NCBI RefSeq assembly: GCF_001194135.2
Contig: NC_068996.1
Span: 2,535,329 to 2,599,328, forward strand
Reading direction: 5' to 3'
Source of the DNA: Octopus bimaculoides
Lineage: Eukaryota
DNA: 64,000 bases
Positions within the stretch are counted from its first letter, which is position 1; each line of letters begins with the position of its first letter. Below the pieces are notes generated by a model. It had not been told where the DNA came from and ran no database searches. It saw only the letters and a list, made by a program, of their open reading frames with translations. Below, piece after piece: positions 61,122 through 64,000 of this stretch. The translations under genes and the position numbers were made by a program.

Positions 61122-63657
61122 CAGTAGTTCTTAACTTGAGTTCAATCAAACCCCAGGGGTTTGTTGAGTCAGTCTCAGGGGTTCGGAGGGGTCAAGACAC
61201 ACTCAGTATAGCCCGGTTCACACTAGCAATGTTGGGCTGTTTTTGTTGGTCATTGAAAAATTGACTGCTGACAATTTGGCAACACACAATTTTTCTTTGC
61301 CATGTTAGATTACAAACATTTAGTTGCTTAGTAAAAAATGATAAAATAGTTTATTAAAAGATAAATTATGATAATAATATAATATTTAATTTTAAAATAT
61401 TAATTTATAAATAAATAAATAAATAATTTTTAAAAAGTATTTTGAACACAGCCCAGGTGTATGTGTGTGTGTGTGTGTGTGTCCACTCTGTTCAGCCCAC
61501 TCATATTATTTGTGACGTCATGCACCGCATGGCCATCAGTGGCTGCACCGCATGGCCATCATGCTACGTCACTTGGCTTTGATATCTGTGCTGCAATAAA
61601 CTTGGTGTGCTCAGTAGTCGAATTGTGGCTGTTGTGATTGTACGTCATTTGTGATATCCTTTTAATCTTTCAAACCCTTCATACTATGTCAATCAAAAAA
61701 AAAAAAAGAAAGTGGCTGGGTGAAAACATACAATATGGATTTACATGTATAAAGGAATATGTTGGGAATCAGCATTGTTAATGCATGATCTGCAATGCCA
61801 AGTTGAGCAATTCTAGTCTAGCAACTAAGAGAACACTTCCTAAAGCTGCATGGAGATGGGAAATACAAAAGCACAACGCTCACTGAATTCATGGTGAAGA
61901 GAGCCAGATTCAATGAAAAGGCTACTCTGCCTGTTCTTGGCTTTGTATCCATCAACAAACTGATCCTCACAACATCATACTTAGTTGCATATCTGATCAC
62001 AAAGCAGGGCAAACCACACACCATTGATGAAACACTCAAAACCAGCTGCATTAAAGATGGTGGATATCATGCTGAGAAAAGCTGCTGAAGATCAGTTATC
62101 TCAAGTTCCTCTATCAACAGTAGAATATACGACACGGGTGATGACATCTTGGCTCAAGTCATTGAAGATCTCATTTCAAGCCCAGTAAAATTCAGCCTCC
62201 GACGTTTCCAACCTAAGCCTGCTTGTTGTATTTGTGTGCTATGTGAAAGATGACATGATAAGGAAGTTTTTTTTTATATTTTGTAAGCCTCTTACAACAA
62301 CAATCAAAGCAGCCAATGTGAAGAAACGCATGGATGACTTCTTCAGAAACAACATGCTTTTAATAGATTGTTCGGACAGAGCTCCAGCCCTGCTGGGACA
62401 ACACACTGGTTATGGAGCACTGGTAAAATCTGATGCACCACACATCATTGTTATGCACTGTGTTCTGCAGAGGCATGTGTTGATAACAAAAACCTTGCCT
62501 CCAAAACTGGCAGTTGAATGTGCGCACTATGTGCGAAATAGTGCTATGAAGCACCGTATCTTCAAAGAGCTTTGTAATGAAATGAGCTCTGAATTCGAGA
62601 TACTTCAATACCATTCTAACATTCGGTGGTTATCCTGGGGATCGGAGCTGAATCTTTTTTTTGCCATGCATGTGAAATTTATCCTGTTTTTATGAGCGTA
62701 CCAACATTGTCATGCAGATTGCTTTGAAAATTCTGAGTTCATTCTCATTTTGGCATACATGGCCAATATTTATGATGCTCTCAATCATCTCAATTGACAG
62801 ATGCAGGGCAGTGGGGCTAACATCACTGAAGTAGAAGAAAGCCTGAAGGTGTTTTAAAAAAGGCTTCCTTTATAGAAATGACAAACACAGAACGATAACT
62901 TCACAAACTTTCTCCTGCTGGACGACTGTGTAAGTAAGATTGAAGATGTGTCTGGAATTGGAGACTTTTCTCTACCTGGGGAGATGAAGCAAGCAATTGC
63001 CATGTACTTAGATGAGCTTGCAAAGTCTCGACGGATACATCCCACCAGAGAGTCATATGCAGCATAGGTGAGACAGCTGTTCATATTTAGCGTTGCAACA
63101 GCAGATGTCAACAATATATACCTTGATGAACTCATTGAACTTCAGCAGAGCCAGCTTCAACAGCAACTCTTCAGAACAACACCACTCTCAACATTATGCT
63201 GTCACCAAATCATACCATATCCTCTTATTGTTAAGAAAGCACTTGAGATACTCACACCATTTGTCTCAATGAATCTTTGTGAGCAATCCTTTATGAGGAT
63301 GGTAGACAGGAAAACTAAGAAAAGGAACAGACTTTGTTGTGAAAATAATATGAGAATGACACTTGCCAAAGCCGTGCAATTCTGAACTTGTAACTGAAAG
63401 GCAACAGCAAAAGTCACATTTATTTGCAGTAAATATTCATTGAGTTATGTTTTTGTGTGAAATCCATGTTTTGTTGGTTTTGTTCTTTGAACACAGTGAT
63501 TTGTGTGCGTTGCTGATGCATGGTCCATTTTGTGCATTAATAAAATATATACCTGTTTTTTGAAGAAATATTGTATTTTTCCAATTACAAAGGGTTTGGT
63601 GAATGCACTGATGAAGCTTGCAGCGTTCAGTCTTTTCAATAATCTTAAGAACCACTG
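61122..63657 (+). mobile_element. Complete but dead hAT transposon (Charlie/Buster type), 2536 bp
   Basis: TIRs cagtagttcttaa / ttaagaaccactg; perfect TSD TTATAGAT at 61114-61121 and 63658-63665. Confidence 0.95.
61685..63415 (+). pseudogene. hAT transposase pseudogene (ZBED5/ZBED8/SCAND3-like family)
   Basis: BED-like CMICNAKLSNSSL; CKPLTTTIKA...CSDRAPALLG...MHCVLQRHVL; HSNIRWLSWG; dimerisation-domain PFVSMNLCEQSF...KTKKRNRL; many frameshifts and stops. Confidence 0.92.
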
Positions 63658-64000
63658 TTATAGATAATGGCCATGAAAATGACCATTATTATGGAAAAGG
63701 CTTCACATTTTTCATGTAAATTATCATTGTGTGTGAAGAATGATGTGTGCATGTAATCATTAATTTATTATATAAGTAAAATTATCCATTATATATGCTG
63801 TAGTCTCTTTTAGAGAGATTTAGAAATAATAATATTTCTAGTATCAAAATAAACATATATGTATCATACATAATGTAAATTCATTGTGGAAAATAGATTT
63901 ACTATTGTATTCATCTAGATGTAATATTTGTATGCTTTGTACTGTGTTTAAAAAAACACAATACATAATTGGAAGCAGACAAAAATTATTGTGGCAGTGA

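Overview
AT-rich eukaryotic DNA dense in microsatellites and transposon relics, with four N gaps. The repeat families look like those of an octopus or related cephalopod (inference from recall, not a search). No intact protein-coding gene, rRNA, true tRNA or CRISPR array is visible, and nearly all listed ORFs are microsatellite, N-gap or decayed-transposon artefacts. The content is mostly decayed retroelements: two Penelope-like loci, two R4/Dong-type LINEs, several RTE copies, one CR1 copy, a HERO-like 3' end and three SINE families. DNA transposons include a complete 2.5-kb hAT/Charlie element with perfect 8-bp TSDs, hAT and piggyBac MITEs, and mariner pieces. One well-formed in-frame exon (20365-20475, +) and a few weaker candidates suggest the window may be mainly intron of an unidentified gene. 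Most interesting: (i) a nested inverted/tandem terminal-repeat structure at the first Penelope locus, carrying a multi-hairpin motif that recurs with a compensatory base change at the second locus; (ii) a C4HC3 PHD finger inside the RTE reverse transcriptase; (iii) both R4/Dong copies sit tail-to-tail with a SINE, sharing its (ATT)n tail. Repeat boundaries without a stated TSD or TIR are approximate.
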